IMG/VR virus record: IMGVR_UViG_3300045988_105143
Coordinates: 722-64,721 of that record
Direction: 5' to 3' (one strand)
Length of the DNA: 64,000 bases
Origin: a virus
Of the stretch, positions 62,356 to 64,000 are shown piece after piece. The notes below the pieces were generated by a model that saw only the letters and a list, made by a program, of their open reading frames with translations, did no database searches and had not been told where the DNA came from. The stretch's first letter is position 1. The number at the start of each line of letters is the position of its first letter. Made by a program: the position numbers and the translations under genes.

Positions 62356-63225
62356 ATGGCTGAAACACAAAACTTACACATTACATTTGGACCATTACCA
62401 GAAGGTTTCCGTGGTCCTCAAGGTCCCGCTGGTCCTATTGGTCCACAAGGTCCTCAAGGTCCTCAAGGTCCTAAAGGAGATAGTGTAGACAACACTAAAT
62501 ATCCAAACGTAGCAGGATATTTAAAACGTCAAAACGTATATGCTACCGATGATTTAGAAAGTATTTTATATGCTTTAATTGACAATTTAGGTAAACCATT
62601 ACCAAAAATTCCAGCATCCTTCTCTTTTAATCAACCAAATGCAGGTGATACATCTGTATATGTATATGGAGAATCCCACTTCTTTGTAATGCTTGCAGGT
62701 CAAGAAAATACTAAGACAGAAATTATTGGCGGCGTAGCATCCTTAGCATTACCACAACCATTTGGCACAGATACATTAGTACTTGATTATCTTGATATGA
62801 CAGGCTCTCGTGTTGAAACATATCGTATCACTCCAGATGTTAATGTTACTACTGTAGCTAAAGCTGGTCAATATTATAATATCTATGGCGTAGATACATT
62901 AGAATTACCGCATGTTACAACTGTAGAAGAAGAAGCAATTACATTTAGTGGTTATCGTGCTATTAAGTTACCAGAATGTACATCTTGGATTAAAGGTCCT
63001 ACAAATTGCAGTAACCTCGAAGAAGTATATTGCCCTAAATTAGCATTAACACAAGAAATGAGATGGAACATGAATAACTTACCACAAGGCGGCTGTGAAT
63101 TTGTATTAAGTGAAGCCAGCGACGTTGAAGCATTAGCGAAAGGTTTAGTGCCTTGGACTAAACTTTACAACGCCGATAAAACAAAGAAATTTAACTTTAA
63201 TACTAAAACTTGGGTTACAGTATAA
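62356..63225 (+). CDS. collagen-like + LRR fusion fibre protein
   Basis: N-terminal GPQGPAGPIGPQGPQGPQGPKGD. The C-terminal half has ~22-residue repeats (LELPHVTTVEEEAITFSGYRAIK / LPECTSWIKGPTNCSNLEEVYC / PKLALTQ...) like ORF 564-1511. Confidence 0.55.
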   Translation: MAETQNLHITFGPLPEGFRGPQGPAGPIGPQGPQGPQGPKGDSVDNTKYPNVAGYLKRQNVYATDDLESILYALIDNLGKPLPKIPASFSFNQPNAGDTSVYVYGESHFFVMLAGQENTKTEIIGGVASLALPQPFGTDTLVLDYLDMTGSRVETYRITPDVNVTTVAKAGQYYNIYGVDTLELPHVTTVEEEAITFSGYRAIKLPECTSWIKGPTNCSNLEEVYCPKLALTQEMRWNMNNLPQGGCEFVLSEASDVEALAKGLVPWTKLYNADKTKKFNFNTKTWVTV

Positions 63226-63235
63226 GGAGTAATTA

Positions 63236-63625
63236 ATGGCAAAAGGAAAATTTATTACACCTCAGTTAGATATTAATATCAACAAGGGTGATGATACATT
63301 TTTCCAAGTCAATATTACAGGCGAAGATGGGCAACCAGTAGATATTACTGGTTGTCTCTTCAAATGTAAAGTTAAAGAATCGGCTACGTCTAGTAATGCT
63401 ATATTTGAAGGTAAAACCACAATTATTGATGCACCTAAAGGCATTATTGAAATTCATTTTTTAAATGCAGATGGTTCTAAAATTAATATTGACGGGGAAA
63501 ATTTTTCTGAACTAACACAATATACATATGACATCATTATGAAAGATAAAAATGGCTATATTACACGTATCGCTAATGGCTATGTATTTGTAAGTCCAAG
63601 TGTTACATGGGAGGAAGGTATTTAA
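63236..63625 (+). CDS. Ig-like beta-sandwich tail/baseplate accessory protein (BppU_N/DUF2479-like suspected)
   Basis: ...GDDTFFQVNITGEDGQPVDITGCLFKCKVKES...GIIEIHF...YTYDIIMKDKNGYITRIANGYVFV follows the pattern of phage Ig-like domains. Confidence 0.35.
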   Translation: MAKGKFITPQLDININKGDDTFFQVNITGEDGQPVDITGCLFKCKVKESATSSNAIFEGKTTIIDAPKGIIEIHFLNADGSKINIDGENFSELTQYTYDIIMKDKNGYITRIANGYVFVSPSVTWEEGI

Positions 63626-64000
63626 TGGTAGAAAGATTTTTACCCCCTCCTCCTATGCCACCTTATGATATAAGCACTGGTGCTTTTGTGTATGGGTTAC
63701 TATACCATAATACGCCACTAAGTGCCGTTGATGATATTATGGTAGTCATTATGGCTACCTGTTTTTTGCTATTTATAGACATAATGCTACGCTTTATTAT
63801 CGAAATCATTGAATTTAATAAAGCTAGAAAAAAACCTAATACTATAAGGTATATTATTACGGCATTATGGTTTGGTTGGGGTTCCGTAGAACTCCCTAAC
63901 GGGAAGCGAAAACGCTTTTTGATTAGTAAGAGATTTAGAATGTCTCTATTTAATAAAGTAGCATTTACATACCCAATATTCTTCACTTTAGCGGCGGCGT
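63625..64000 (+). CDS. membrane protein, possibly holin-like, 3' end outside window
   Basis: TAATG coupling to the previous gene. Frame 1 is open to the window end, checked by hand, and is missing from the ORF track because no stop is reached. Hydrophobic segment VVIMATCFLLFIDIMLRFII and a basic loop. Confidence 0.45.
   Translation, partial: MVERFLPPPPMPPYDISTGAFVYGLLYHNTPLSAVDDIMVVIMATCFLLFIDIMLRFIIEIIEFNKARKKPNTIRYIITALWFGWGSVELPNGKRKRFLISKRFRMSLFNKVAFTYPIFFTLAAA

Noticed and set aside
63663-63986. 107-aa minus-strand ORF at the right edge
   Set aside because: The plus-strand frame starting at 63625 is open to the window end. It is coupled by TAATG to the upstream gene, matches the operon direction and encodes a sensible membrane protein. 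The minus ORF is its antisense shadow.
1-64000. CRISPR arrays, rRNA genes, integrase or repressor genes, reverse transcriptase, DGR or retron elements, and genome-wide stop-codon reassignment
   Set aside because: No regularly spaced direct repeats with unique spacers were seen; the only tandem DNA periodicity is the collagen G-X-Y coding repeats. No rRNA-like sequence, no tyrosine or serine recombinase motifs, and no YxDD reverse-transcriptase motif turned up in any ORF. Multi-kilobase ORFs are intact under the standard code, and no suppressor-type tRNA anticodon (CUA, UCA or UUA) is present.

Overview
The window is a contiguous piece of a low-G+C tailed-phage genome, about one-third G+C by eye. 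Expression signals look Bacillota-like: strong AGGAGG-type ribosome-binding sites, and eight near-identical sigma-A-type promoters (TTGACA-N17-TATAAT with a TGG extended -10). I saw no integrase, repressor, CRISPR array, rRNA or reverse transcriptase.

Layout:
- (i) 1-15.7 kb, rightward virion, ejection and lysis block. It holds a collagen-like fibre, a 22-residue LRR protein, a protein ending in a Hint autoprocessing domain, an SLT transglycosylase, a 2771-aa giant protein with two HExxH motifs, and an amidase.
- (ii) 15.7-40.4 kb, rightward replication and nucleotide-metabolism block. It holds a DnaE-type polymerase split by a group I intron carrying an HNH endonuclease, a Rad52-type annealase, a primase-helicase, a class II RNR, ThyX, dUTPase, an SPFH protein, a RemA-like protein and an array of 12 tRNAs.
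- (iii) 40.4-51.0 kb, leftward block. It holds 12 paralogous small proteins in two arrays flanking a minimal SNF2 helicase, plus an amidoligase and class II glutamine amidotransferase pair.
- (iv) 51.6-64 kb, rightward head and tail block: TerL, a GroES-like protein, portal, scaffold, major capsid protein, connector paralogs and fibres.

Most unusual observations:
- A G+C-rich, helix-dense non-coding element of about 0.4-0.8 kb at 16.07-16.86 kb. It is driven by tandem promoters and bracketed by a 12-nt direct repeat, and is a candidate large structured RNA.
- The 12-copy small-protein family.
- The amidoligase/GATase pair.
- A 30-bp inverted repeat that precisely flanks one small gene.
- A repeat-rich G+C island upstream of terL.
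- Several atypical tRNAs.

All functional calls come from motifs read by eye. No database search was possible.
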